Below, in pieces: positions 41,715-51,942 of a stretch of DNA of 64,000 bases. A program made the position numbers and the translations under genes. Source of the DNA: Bdellovibrionales bacterium (lineage in GTDB: Bacteria; Bdellovibrionota; Bdellovibrionia; Bdellovibrionales; UBA1609); NCBI GenBank assembly GCA_965200875.1, contig OZ241456.1:1120001-1184000 (forward strand), written 5' to 3'. The notes beneath the pieces are model-generated. The model worked only from the letters and a program-made list of their open reading frames with translations, was not told where the DNA came from and searched no databases. Within the stretch, counting starts at the first letter, position 1. Each line of letters begins with the position of its first letter.

Positions 41715-43339
41715 ATGAAAATTATAAAAAAATTACAGCATATAAAACACCAATGGCCTTATTTCTTTTTCGGAGCAACCCTTATATTGTTTGGATTCTT
41801 TTCTGTCTCTACAGTCAAAGAAACTTCCGCCACAAATACACAAACCACCGGAAATAAACAAACAGCAGACACAGGCAACCCACAAGCCAAAAACACACTT
41901 CCACAGGAAGGAAACACCAACCCCCCTTCTTTAAAAAAACAACCTGAAAGACAAATGCAACTGGGAGTGCTAAAACCCACAGACACGCCAGAAAAAGAAA
42001 CCCGTGTCATTATGAATGATACTCTTATGTCAAAGAAATGGGATTTGAAAAAAATCAATGTACAATCTGCATGGCTTCAGTTTTCTCAAGGAAACAGAGA
42101 AATTGTGGTAGCTGTTATTGACACAGGTATTGATGTGCAACATGAAGATCTAAAAGACAATATATGGAAAAATCCAAAAGAAATTCCAGGAAATAACATA
42201 GATGATGATAAAAACGGCTATGTGGACGATGTGCATGGATGGAACTTTGTCAGAAACAATGCCGAAGTACGTGATACCCACGGGCATGGCACACATATAG
42301 CGGGCATCATAGGAGCTGTGGTGGAAATGGTGTTGGTATAAGCGGAGTGGCTCCCAAAGTTAGTTTAATGGCCCTTAAATATTATGATCCTAACGACACA
42401 GGAACAAACAATCTGAATAACACAATAAAAGCTATTGATTATGCGGTAAAAAATGGGGCTCATATTATCAACTACTCAGGAGGCGGGTTGGATGGTAATT
42501 TATGCGAAAAAATGGCTATTCGCAGAGCAGAAGAAAAAGGCATTCTTTTTGTAGCCGCGGCTGGTAATGAAAAATCCAACACAGATAAAAGCGGTTATTA
42601 TCCTGCCAATTACAGTTCGAAAAAAAATGAGCTAAGAATGGCAAATTGCAAGCAAGTATTACCAGACTTATACAAGTACGATAAATTGGACAAAAAAATT
42701 TCTATCAATTTTTTAAATGATGTTCAGAATAAAAAGCTCGGAAATATTCTTCCTGTAACAGCCACTGATCCTTCAGATAAAGTTTTAAAAAGCAGTAACT
42801 GGGGAGAAAAAACAGTCCACAAATCTGCTCCAGGCATTAATATTTTATCCACCCTTCCCAATGGAAAATACGGACGCATGACCGGCACTTCCCAAGCAAC
42901 GGCTGTGGCCACCGGAGCGGCCGTACTGATAATGGACTATTACAAAAACAAAACCTCCCGGTTTGTCATAAAACATCTCACAATGACAGGTGATATTAAG
43001 GATAGTTTAAAAGGGAAAACCAGCCAAAGAAGGCGACTTAATATTATTAAAGCACTACAAACAAGAGGGAGTAAGCTCAATTTTAAAGACCAGCTGGTGG
43101 ATACAAAAGGTCTGGTGTTTCCTTCCGATGGGAATATGGATTCTTTTACAGAAACTCCGTTTGAAAAGGAACAAGCTGAAATACAAATATTAAACAATAT
43201 TATGAATATCAGCAACCAAAAAGGACAAAATCGTAAAACAGCCACAGAAAAAACAGAGAAAAAAGAACGTAATCCTTCTTCTGTTACTGAACAGAAGAAA
43301 ATTCCTTTTCTGAAAAGATGGTTCTTCAATAAAAAATAA
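41715..43339 (+). pseudogene. S8 subtilisin-like serine protease split by a 1-nt frameshift near 42319
   Basis: VAVIDTG and HGHGTHIAG in ORF 1; AAAGN and GTSQA in ORF 2; adding one base restores GAVGGNGVGISGVAPKV. Confidence 0.85.
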
Positions 43340-43461
43340 TACCCTTTAAAGAACAAGCATTTATTAAGATTCCCCTACAGCACCAAATATTTTTGACACT
43401 TGTCAAAAAAACTAATGAATATTTTTGACACCTGTCCAAAATAACCATATAGTATAAACCT

Positions 43462-44571
43462 ATGAAAAGATATTTAACAAAGTATGTTTTAGAAGACTTA
43501 AAAAGAAAAATGGTTTTTATCTCAGGACCAAGACAGGTTGGAAAAACCACTTTATGTCGGGATTTAGCACCAAAAAATGCCCGTTACATAAATTGGGATG
43601 TTTTAAAAGACAGGCAATGGATTCTTCAGCAAAATTTCCCAACTGAAAAATTCATTATATATGACGAAATTCACAAGTTCAAACACTGGAGAACCTATGT
43701 CAAAGGGTTGCATGATACATATAAAGAAAAAAAAATCCTTGTTACAGGAAGTGCGCGTCTGGATTATTACAGGCATTCCGGGGATTCCCTGCAAGGTCGA
43801 TATCATCATTATCGGCTGAATCCATTGACAGTCGGAGAACTGAACCTGAAAAGCCAAGGGGATATTAATGATCTCTTAAACTTAGGAGGCTTCCCTGAAC
43901 CTTTTTTATCCGGTTCAAAGAGACAGGCCCTGCGATGGATGCGTGAATACAACAGCCGGGTTGTAAATGAGGACATCAGTTCATTGGAACTTTCCAGTAA
44001 TCTGTCACAAATGGAACTGCTTTTGCTCAAACTTCCTGAATTGGTATCCAACCCTCTTTCTATAAATTCTTTAAGAGAAGACATGAATATGGCTCACAAA
44101 ACCATTGCGAAATGGCTGAATATTTTTGAAAGAATGTACCTGATCTACAGATTATGCCCTTATCATTCCAACAGGCTGAGAGCGGTAAAAAAGGAACAAA
44201 AGCATTATCATTATAACTGGGCAGAAGTTGCCAATGAAGGAGCTCGGTTTGAAAACCTGATAGCTGGCCATTTGTTAAAATGGACACATTTTCAACAGGA
44301 TTATGAAGGACATAATACGGAACTCTGTTATTTTCGAGACACAGACAAAAGAGAAGTAGATTTTATCGTAACAAAAAACAGGAAAGCGATTTTAGCCGTG
44401 GAATGCAAATTGAAAGCGGGAGATATTTCTCCTTCCCTGAAATATTTTAAAACAAAATTTCCAAAGACAGAATGTGTCCAGGTTCATTTAGAATGCCCGG
44501 AAGAGCACATTTCCAAAGAAGGTATTAAATATTTAAAATGGAGCACTTTTTTAAAAAAATACTGTATATAA
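43462..44571 (+). CDS. AAA_14 ATPase with DUF4143 / PD-(D/E)XK-like tail
   Basis: GPRQVGKTT, DEIHK, VTGSA, GGFPE, REVDF...VECK. Confidence 0.88.
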   Translation: MKRYLTKYVLEDLKRKMVFISGPRQVGKTTLCRDLAPKNARYINWDVLKDRQWILQQNFPTEKFIIYDEIHKFKHWRTYVKGLHDTYKEKKILVTGSARLDYYRHSGDSLQGRYHHYRLNPLTVGELNLKSQGDINDLLNLGGFPEPFLSGSKRQALRWMREYNSRVVNEDISSLELSSNLSQMELLLLKLPELVSNPLSINSLREDMNMAHKTIAKWLNIFERMYLIYRLCPYHSNRLRAVKKEQKHYHYNWAEVANEGARFENLIAGHLLKWTHFQQDYEGHNTELCYFRDTDKREVDFIVTKNRKAILAVECKLKAGDISPSLKYFKTKFPKTECVQVHLECPEEHISKEGIKYLKWSTFLKKYCI

Positions 44572-44727
44572 ACAATATCTACAACAGGCAACCTCAGCGA
44601 TAAAAGGAAGAATATCATAAAAATTATTGCCAAGAGCTGTTTTTTTACACTATGGTAGTATCAGGTTTTTCACAAACAATTATAGGTCAGTCGGAAAGGT
44701 TGAAAAATACCAGAGGAGCACTTTTAT

Positions 44728-46167
44728 ATGAAACAACAAATTACAGTTCCCGCTGTTGGTGAGTCAGTGACACAAGCTACTGTTGGCGAGTGGCAAAAGA
44801 AGACAGGTGAATACATCCGGCAAAATGATGTGTTGGTGGTTATGGAAACAGATAAAGCTTCTATGGAGCTTGTGGCAGAACACAGTGGAAAACTCAATAT
44901 TTTAAAGCAAAACGGGGAAGATGTAACAATAGGAGAAGTAATTGGCGAAGTGGACACTTCCGCGACACCCTCTAAATCAGAAGCTGTAACTTCAGAAAAA
45001 ATATCACCAAATTTAAAGCCTCACGCCCTTAAAAACCAATCTGCACCTCTACTCAATACTGTAAATTCATCACCCTCACCTTCCCACCCTAAAGAAGATA
45101 TACCCCAATTCCCTTCTGACAAAATCATAGCAGACTTGTTAAACCGCCAAGCAAAAGAGAATATGGAAACTTCAAAAAAAACTTTATCGAATCCGTTTCC
45201 GACTGGAGTGCCATCTCCTGCTGAATCTTTGGAAAAACCTTTGGAAAAAACCTCAAGAGGGCCAATGGGCCAAACTCTTTCCCCCGCAGTCAGAAAACTG
45301 GTCACAGAACATAACCTGAATCCTGCGATTATACCAAGAACAGGTCCGAGTGGCAGAATCACCAAAGGGGATGTCTTGCATTTTCTCTCTGATCAGAAAC
45401 ACCAGCAGTCCACAGCTGTTCAGTCACCTAGCTTTGTCACAACCCCTACTTCCCTCCCCTCGCACACGGAAGAAACCACACGAAAAAAAATGACCACTAT
45501 TCGCAAACGGATTGCGGAACGGTTAGTGGAGTCTCAACAGAGTACAGCAACCCTCACCACTTTTAATGAAATTGATATGTCTCAGGTTATGAGTTTACGC
45601 ACCCAATATAAAGAAACTTTTCAGAAAAAACATAACATAAAACTGGGTTTCATGGGATTTTTTATCAAAGCCACTGTTCACGCTTTAAAAGCTTTCCAAA
45701 GAGTAAATGCCTTTATTGAAGACGAAGAAATTGTTTATAATCACTTCTGCCATGTTGGGGTGGCTGTCAGCACAGACAGAGGTTTGGTCGTGCCGGTTAT
45801 CCGCAATGCTGATAAAATGGAATTACCAGAATTGGAAAAAAATGTTTTATTTTACGCGGAAAAAGCCCGGGACGGAAAAATAAGCCCGGATGATTTAATG
45901 GGAGGCACTTTCACCATCAGCAACGGTGGTGTGTTTGGTTCTCTTATGTCCACTCCTATTCTGAACCCTCCTCAAAGTGGCATTCTGGGTATGCACAAAA
46001 TTGAACAAAGACCCGTGGTTGTGGACGGGCAAATTACAATCAAACCCATGATGTATATAGCTTTATCTTACGATCACCGTATGGTGGATGGAAAAGAATC
46101 TGTTGGTTTTCTTCTCAAAATCAAAGAGTGCGTGGAAGATCCCATTCGCCTTCTGATGAATGTCTGA
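44728..46167 (+). CDS. sucB: 2-oxoglutarate dehydrogenase E2 (dihydrolipoyllysine succinyltransferase)
   Basis: Lipoyl motif ETDKA, E3-binding SPAVRK...GRITKGDV, catalytic [22 protein letters not shown]. Confidence 0.95.
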   Translation: MKQQITVPAVGESVTQATVGEWQKKTGEYIRQNDVLVVMETDKASMELVAEHSGKLNILKQNGEDVTIGEVIGEVDTSATPSKSEAVTSEKISPNLKPHALKNQSAPLLNTVNSSPSPSHPKEDIPQFPSDKIIADLLNRQAKENMETSKKTLSNPFPTGVPSPAESLEKPLEKTSRGPMGQTLSPAVRKLVTEHNLNPAIIPRTGPSGRITKGDVLHFLSDQKHQQSTAVQSPSFVTTPTSLPSHTEETTRKKMTTIRKRIAERLVESQQSTATLTTFNEIDMSQVMSLRTQYKETFQKKHNIKLGFMGFFIKATVHALKAFQRVNAFIEDEEIVYNHFCHVGVAVSTDRGLVVPVIRNADKMELPELEKNVLFYAEKARDGKISPDDLMGGTFTISNGGVFGSLMSTPILNPPQSGILGMHKIEQRPVVVDGQITIKPMMYIALSYDHRMVDGKESVGFLLKIKECVEDPIRLLMNV

Positions 46168-46222
46168 TTTTTGATTTGTAAAACTACTGTCACTTCAAAC
46201 ACTTTGTCCAAGCCTCCACCTA

Positions 46223-47689
46223 CTACCTCATGGTAACAAATTCTTCCGCGCTGGTGGGGTGAATGCCAACAGTTTTGTCGAAGTCAGACTTTGTGGCACC
46301 GGCTTTTAAAGCTACAGCCACACCTTGCATAATTTCCGGTGCATCGTCTCCGGCCATAAACACACCTAAAACTTTATTTGTTTTTTTATCCACCACCATT
46401 TTCATAAAAGTTTTTTTATCAATAGAAGTCACTGTGTACTTGAGCGGGCGAAACCGGCAAGTATAAATAGATAAGTCATAACCTTTTTCCCGTGCCTGTT
46501 CTTCTGTTAAACCCACCACTGCTACCGGAGGACGACTAAAAACCGCCGTAGGAATAAACTGATAATCCATTTTTTGTTTTGAACCGGAAAATAAATATTC
46601 AGCTAAAAGCATTCCCTCTGAAGTGGCCACAGGAGTCAGCTGATAAGGCGTATTCGTACAATCTCCAAGGGCATATACACCTTTTGCAGAAGTTTCAAAA
46701 TATTCATTCACTTCAATTTCTCCCCTTTTGTTGGTCCTAATTCCCACAGATTCCAAACCCAGGTTATTCGTCATGGGCGTTCTACCAGTAGCGAACAAAA
46801 CCTTATCCACTGTTTTCATCATTTCCATACTGCTCACCGGCTTTAGACCTTGTTCCACAGGAAATTGACCCTGTCCAGTGCGCACAAGCTCATTATCACT
46901 AGCAAGTTCTGCTCCCCCGGAACCAGAAACCAAATCCTGCTTTCCGGGCTGGTTCAAAGTGACTTCAAATCTTCCGTCCTCTTTTTTAACAATTTTACTA
47001 ACCGTGCGCTGAGGAATAATCTCCACTCCGCGCTTTATCATTTCCTCTTGTAGAAAAGCCCTTAACTCATTATCAAACCCTCTTAAAAGCTTATCCCTTC
47101 TAAAAACTAAACTAACTTTTGAACCAAACCCATTAAAGATGCTGGCAAATTCCACCCCTATATAACCACTCCCCATAATCAAAATAGAGCGAGGTTTTTC
47201 TGTTAATTCAAACAAATCATCAGATGTCAGTGCCCATTCCCTGCCGGGAATATTCAGAAGAGAGGGCTGACAACCCACTGCAATCAAAATAAATCGAGCC
47301 GTATATTTTTTACCATTCACTTCCACCTCATGGGGAGAAATGATTTTGCCATGCCCTTTTAAAACAGTGACCCCTTTTTTAGACAACAGGTTTTCATAAA
47401 TACCTTCCAACCGGGTCAGTTCTTGATCCCGCGCGAATTTTTGAGCCTGCCAATCAAGAGAATACTCCCCCACGGACCAACCACAGGAAGAAAAATATTT
47501 CATACTGTCAGGTAATTCCGATCCCATCAACATAAGTTTTTTTGGAATACAACCTCGCAAAACACAAGTTCCTCCATATCGGTTTTCCTCGCAAATAGCC
47601 ACCTTGGCTCCCAAGCCCGCTGACCATCTACTGGCACGCACTCCTCCTGAACCTCCTCCAATAGTCAATAAATCAAAATCATAAACCAT
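46223..47689 (-). CDS. gor: Glutathione-disulfide reductase
   Basis: GGGSGG, GGTCVLRGCIPKK, GSGYIGVE, HPTSAEEFVTMR; SD AAGGAG before ATG at 47689. Confidence 0.93.
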   Translation of the reverse strand: MVYDFDLLTIGGGSGGVRASRWSAGLGAKVAICEENRYGGTCVLRGCIPKKLMLMGSELPDSMKYFSSCGWSVGEYSLDWQAQKFARDQELTRLEGIYENLLSKKGVTVLKGHGKIISPHEVEVNGKKYTARFILIAVGCQPSLLNIPGREWALTSDDLFELTEKPRSILIMGSGYIGVEFASIFNGFGSKVSLVFRRDKLLRGFDNELRAFLQEEMIKRGVEIIPQRTVSKIVKKEDGRFEVTLNQPGKQDLVSGSGGAELASDNELVRTGQGQFPVEQGLKPVSSMEMMKTVDKVLFATGRTPMTNNLGLESVGIRTNKRGEIEVNEYFETSAKGVYALGDCTNTPYQLTPVATSEGMLLAEYLFSGSKQKMDYQFIPTAVFSRPPVAVVGLTEEQAREKGYDLSIYTCRFRPLKYTVTSIDKKTFMKMVVDKKTNKVLGVFMAGDDAPEIMQGVAVALKAGATKSDFDKTVGIHPTSAEEFVTMR

Positions 47690-47705
47690 ACACACTCCTT
47701 ATACT

Positions 47706-48515
47706 TTAATTAAAAATAAAAAGTAACAGCTGATCCAAAGTTTCCTGCAAACTCTTTTTAACAGATGGATCAAAAAATCTTGGCATCCAACCTGTGGACG
47801 ATAAATGATCTGACACCACTGACAAACAAAAAACCGAAATACCATAATACCAACCTGCTGACATTAAAGCTGATGCCTCCATCTCCACACAATCAACGCC
47901 TTTGGATCGAAAATATTTTACTTCCTCTCCTGTTTCTCTAAAAGGAGCATCTGTTGTCCAGCTGGTAACAGGCTTTAATCGCAATTTTTCAATAAGTTTT
48001 ACGCAAGTCTTGTCTTTTTTTATTTCCAAGTAATCAGAAGGGGCTTTATAATGATAAGAACAACCTTCATCCCGAAAACATTTTTGCAAAAACATCTTTG
48101 TTCCTGTTTTCAGATCCGGGTTAATAGCACCTGCCAACCCCAGACTGAAAATCTTTTTTACTCCAAGAGCACGTAATTTTTCTAAACATACCACTCCTGC
48201 CGGTGCACCTATACCAAATCGACTGACCACACAGACAGACATGAACTTTTTATCTGCCAGCTTTTTTACATACTTCTTTGGTTTGTATATATCAATATTC
48301 ATGCCTGTTTTATGAAAGGGAACAGTTTCCAAAAAGTCTTCCCGACCTCTAAGGGATTTAGCTATACTATCGGAAAAGCACAAAACAGCATAAGAAGGAA
48401 GAGGATTTACATTTGATTCTTTAGTGCCACAGCCTGCATAAGACATCAAAGCTTCTGGAGAAACTAAAGAAGGCTTTTTATATTTGTCGGAAACAAAAGG
48501 AACAGACATAATCAC
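47706..48515 (-). CDS. Nucleoside phosphorylase (PNP/UDP family)
   Basis: GIGAPA, RDEGCSYHY, WTTDAPFRET, VEMEAS, VVSD. Confidence 0.88.
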   Translation of the reverse strand: MIMSVPFVSDKYKKPSLVSPEALMSYAGCGTKESNVNPLPSYAVLCFSDSIAKSLRGREDFLETVPFHKTGMNIDIYKPKKYVKKLADKKFMSVCVVSRFGIGAPAGVVCLEKLRALGVKKIFSLGLAGAINPDLKTGTKMFLQKCFRDEGCSYHYKAPSDYLEIKKDKTCVKLIEKLRLKPVTSWTTDAPFRETGEEVKYFRSKGVDCVEMEASALMSAGWYYGISVFCLSVVSDHLSSTGWMPRFFDPSVKKSLQETLDQLLLFIFN

Positions 48516-48541
48516 CGATTCTTTTTCATAGTTTTATAGAT

Positions 48542-50035
48542 TCATATTCTTGGTACATTTCCAGATCTTTTTTCTTCAGGGGAATAATGAAAAAACAGGA
48601 ATTGTGTTTTCTGCACTTTCCTGAAATTATTATCACTTACCAATACCAACAAATAATTTCTCTCGGAAATTTCCGGCCCTATAGCAATCCCTTCAATATT
48701 ATCCACCTCTTCAGTACCTAGGAAAGAAGATAAGTCAGCCAAAAGACTCTTTCCACAGGTAATAAACCTTCCCGCCTTTAACTCCTCATGCTGTGACACA
48801 TTACTGGCTGAAGCACAATCCGTCAAAAACAAACGAACCAAGGTCATATCAGACTTTCTGTCACTGGAAACCGAACTGTCTTTTAAATATGCTCTTTCCA
48901 CCGTAATCATCTGTCCACCCTCTAAGGAGAGAAAGTCCGTTAACCCATTGGATCCACTAAAGTTACCAATGTTAATATTCATGTCCATTGGATATATGAA
49001 TTGATCTACCAGTTTTGAAGTTTCAATATCAAACCTATTGACACGAATATACTGATTGTTACTACGATCATCCTGATCATCCTGATGAAGAGAAGTCTCT
49101 GTTGCCAAATAAATCAAATTTTTATCTTGGCTTACAGACAAAGCTTCAAAACCTTTATTTTTTTTCACACCCCATTTTCCTACTTGATCGCGATTATCTG
49201 GCCAATACATCCCTGGAAGCTCCCAGTCGAACAATAACCTACCGTTTATATCAAACATAAACAGAGCCGGTGGAGCTAATAAGTCGATCATCTGCGCACC
49301 TTCTGTGCTGATGAATATATGATCGGATTTAAAAAAATCAATCCCTTCCGGATCTATTTGTGAAAGTATTTGACCTTTTTCGTTACGCAAAAAAGTTTGT
49401 TTTATCATCTGTAATTCATATTGTTTCCCCTGCTCCCTTATGTTCAGTTTCATCTCATAAAACCGAGGTGGTGCTTTTGTGCCTTTATCATCCGACAAAG
49501 CAATAAAAACATTTTTCTCCGGATCATAAGAAAGAGCGGATAAACCACCAACAGGCGCACCATTTAATGAAAAATTGTGAGGCAAAATCTGTTCATTTAC
49601 GAATTTTAAAGAAAAAGAAATAACTGGTGACACACCCGCTATAAAAACAGCTTTGGAGGAATCTTCATCCATATCCGAAAAAGGTAAGTTTAAAACCGTG
49701 GAACTAGACATATCATCTGAACGCATACCACCTTTGGAATCTTGTGATATAGCCAATATCTCCGGCCCTCCAACAGCCCGAAAGTTATGAGATGTCTGTT
49801 TTGCTAATGAAGTTTTTCCAATTTGTGTGATTTCACCGGGAGTTGTCCTTTGATTTTCTAGGGTAGGCTTTATAGAAAAAAGATTTGCTTTTTGTTCCGT
49901 TACTTTATCTACTTTATAAACATTATTTGCACTTGTGCTCAGATAGGAATGCTCAGCAGAAGACATTACATAATAAACAGCTACAAAAGTAACTGCTAAA
50001 ATAACAGGGAGGACAACAAAAAACCATTTCCTCAT
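48542..50035 (-). CDS. Esterase-like/phytase-like beta-propeller family protein
   Basis: GGLSAL, ALSDD, DPEGI, NKGFEAL, DNIEGI, VSDNNF. Confidence 0.85.
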   Translation of the reverse strand: MRKWFFVVLPVILAVTFVAVYYVMSSAEHSYLSTSANNVYKVDKVTEQKANLFSIKPTLENQRTTPGEITQIGKTSLAKQTSHNFRAVGGPEILAISQDSKGGMRSDDMSSSTVLNLPFSDMDEDSSKAVFIAGVSPVISFSLKFVNEQILPHNFSLNGAPVGGLSALSYDPEKNVFIALSDDKGTKAPPRFYEMKLNIREQGKQYELQMIKQTFLRNEKGQILSQIDPEGIDFFKSDHIFISTEGAQMIDLLAPPALFMFDINGRLLFDWELPGMYWPDNRDQVGKWGVKKNKGFEALSVSQDKNLIYLATETSLHQDDQDDRSNNQYIRVNRFDIETSKLVDQFIYPMDMNINIGNFSGSNGLTDFLSLEGGQMITVERAYLKDSSVSSDRKSDMTLVRLFLTDCASASNVSQHEELKAGRFITCGKSLLADLSSFLGTEEVDNIEGIAIGPEISERNYLLVLVSDNNFRKVQKTQFLFFHYSPEEKRSGNVPRI

Positions 50036-50082
50036 GGCGACATTATGAAGATGGAAAATAAGAAAGTCAATAAAAAGTGAGC

Positions 50083-50694
50083 TTAGTCGTCGTCTGAACT
50101 ATAAAAGTTACACTCGCTATATGATTCTGTATCTAGGATATCCCGCAAAGCCTCACTTTCTTCCGTGCGCGCCCAACTAAAGAAACGACCGATCCTGTTA
50201 CTACTCTCATCATTTTTATCTTCCCTTCTCACAATATCATCATCTATATCCACAGCCAGCTCATACAGGTTCTGATTGAATTTAAACTGAATTTCATCCA
50301 ACCTAGCGAGAGAATTATCCACTCTAGCTTTGGAATTGTCGTCACGCGCTTTTGCCCTTTTCCTTTCCAATTTGTCACGAGCATCACATATCCGGTCATG
50401 CCCCTCTTCCAATCTTGCCTTTAAACACTCTCTGGCTATTCTAAAAGGGTTCTGCTCACTAACACCGAACATATCTGTTAGAATATCAATAGTATTATCA
50501 GGCACAGACAATTCAGGATCACAGTTTTCCAGAAATCCCTTTAAAGAGGGTTTTTCCACCAGATCATCTGGTAAATCCACATCCCCTTCCCGATCATCAC
50601 TTATGCGATCTGTATCATCATCCAAAGACAGACCACTACAAGCTGTCAAAAAAGTGAAAACCAAAAAAAAGCAAAATAATTTTTTCATGTTCAT
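50083..50694 (-). CDS. Acidic helical lipoprotein of unknown function
   Basis: Signal peptide with LTAC lipobox. Confidence 0.75.
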   Translation of the reverse strand: MNMKKLFCFFLVFTFLTACSGLSLDDDTDRISDDREGDVDLPDDLVEKPSLKGFLENCDPELSVPDNTIDILTDMFGVSEQNPFRIARECLKARLEEGHDRICDARDKLERKRAKARDDNSKARVDNSLARLDEIQFKFNQNLYELAVDIDDDIVRREDKNDESSNRIGRFFSWARTEESEALRDILDTESYSECNFYSSDDD

Positions 50695-50920
50695 TTTTAT
50701 TGCCTACGCATTGTTTTATATCGGTTCAAACAATTAAAAACATTAGAGTTAAAATAACATAAATTACTAAAATACCTTATTAAGTCCGATAGACTTAGGT
50801 CTTCAATTTTATGCCCTTTAACAGGAATATTTAAGCTTTCAAGACTTGAGTAAGGAAAAGGCTCTGCGGGAGAGACTTGGAGGGAATGTGATATATATAC
50901 CTTTGAGGGATTATATACCT

Positions 50921-51613
50921 TTAGAAATTATCAGAGGAACTTGTGTCGTTTTCTGAATCTTCCGTGTCATCTTCTGGGACTTCTTCTCTGCCAAAATTAA
51001 AAAAGTCAGTGGAAAAAGGCACACTCAAGGACAACGCGGCAGAAATGACATTAAAACTCCTAGAAGAAGAACATTGAGCCTCTTCCATACAAGTATAATG
51101 CGCCCACTGAAACTCCAAATTCAGCTGAACATAAAATGAAGACAAGTAGCTTAAACCTGCTTTTATACCATAACCCTGATGACTAACAGTTTTTTTACCA
51201 AAAGTATAAAAGACAGTTCCATAAGTATTAAACAAAAGTGGCAGATCCAAAGCCACAAAGGCACCCAGTGAAAAGGGCTGGAAAGGCTCTCGTACTTCAG
51301 AGTGATGAAATGACACACTCTTACTAGCCTGATTAAAACCTTTATTCGGTTCCGAGGAATAATGTACCTCCACATGCTGTACATTTGAACTGGTTCCTGT
51401 ACCATAGTGAGTCCAAAATAAATCCAAACCCGTACTTACAGACAAAAATTGGTAACCCAAGCGTGCACCTAAAGCGTAATTCATAAACAGAGGGCCAGAA
51501 GAAATTGACGAAGAATAACTGCCTCCTATATTGCCATAAGGCTCAATATGCACTTTCCCCTTTGAAACAGGAACAATACACAAAAAACTCAAAAGAATAA
51601 CACAATATTTCAT
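50921..51613 (-). CDS. Exported protein, probable outer-membrane beta-barrel
   Basis: Signal peptide; IEPYG, GARLGY, GIKAGLSY, LNLEFQ strand patterns. Confidence 0.65.
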   Translation of the reverse strand: MKYCVILLSFLCIVPVSKGKVHIEPYGNIGGSYSSSISSGPLFMNYALGARLGYQFLSVSTGLDLFWTHYGTGTSSNVQHVEVHYSSEPNKGFNQASKSVSFHHSEVREPFQPFSLGAFVALDLPLLFNTYGTVFYTFGKKTVSHQGYGIKAGLSYLSSFYVQLNLEFQWAHYTCMEEAQCSSSRSFNVISAALSLSVPFSTDFFNFGREEVPEDDTEDSENDTSSSDNF

Positions 51614-51942
51614 TTAGTACTCATTGACTGAATTTATTTCCAATAATATCCAACAAACACACACTTGAAAACATAAAAAAACAAACACTATAAAATACTA
51701 AGAGTTTATTTCTAAAATGTCCAACAAACATATACACTCAATCCACAAAATCTGTTCATAATCACACAGATAAACAGATAACCCCTAAAATAAAGTATAA
51801 CAACATATTGATTTGTCGCACCGCTCCTAAAGTAGATTATGACTATTGTCATAGTTACTTTTTATCTTTTTTACCTTTACCAGTGATTCAAAAGAAAAAG
51901 GGCCTTGTCTTTATATGGACAAAAGACTTAAAATTATGACTT

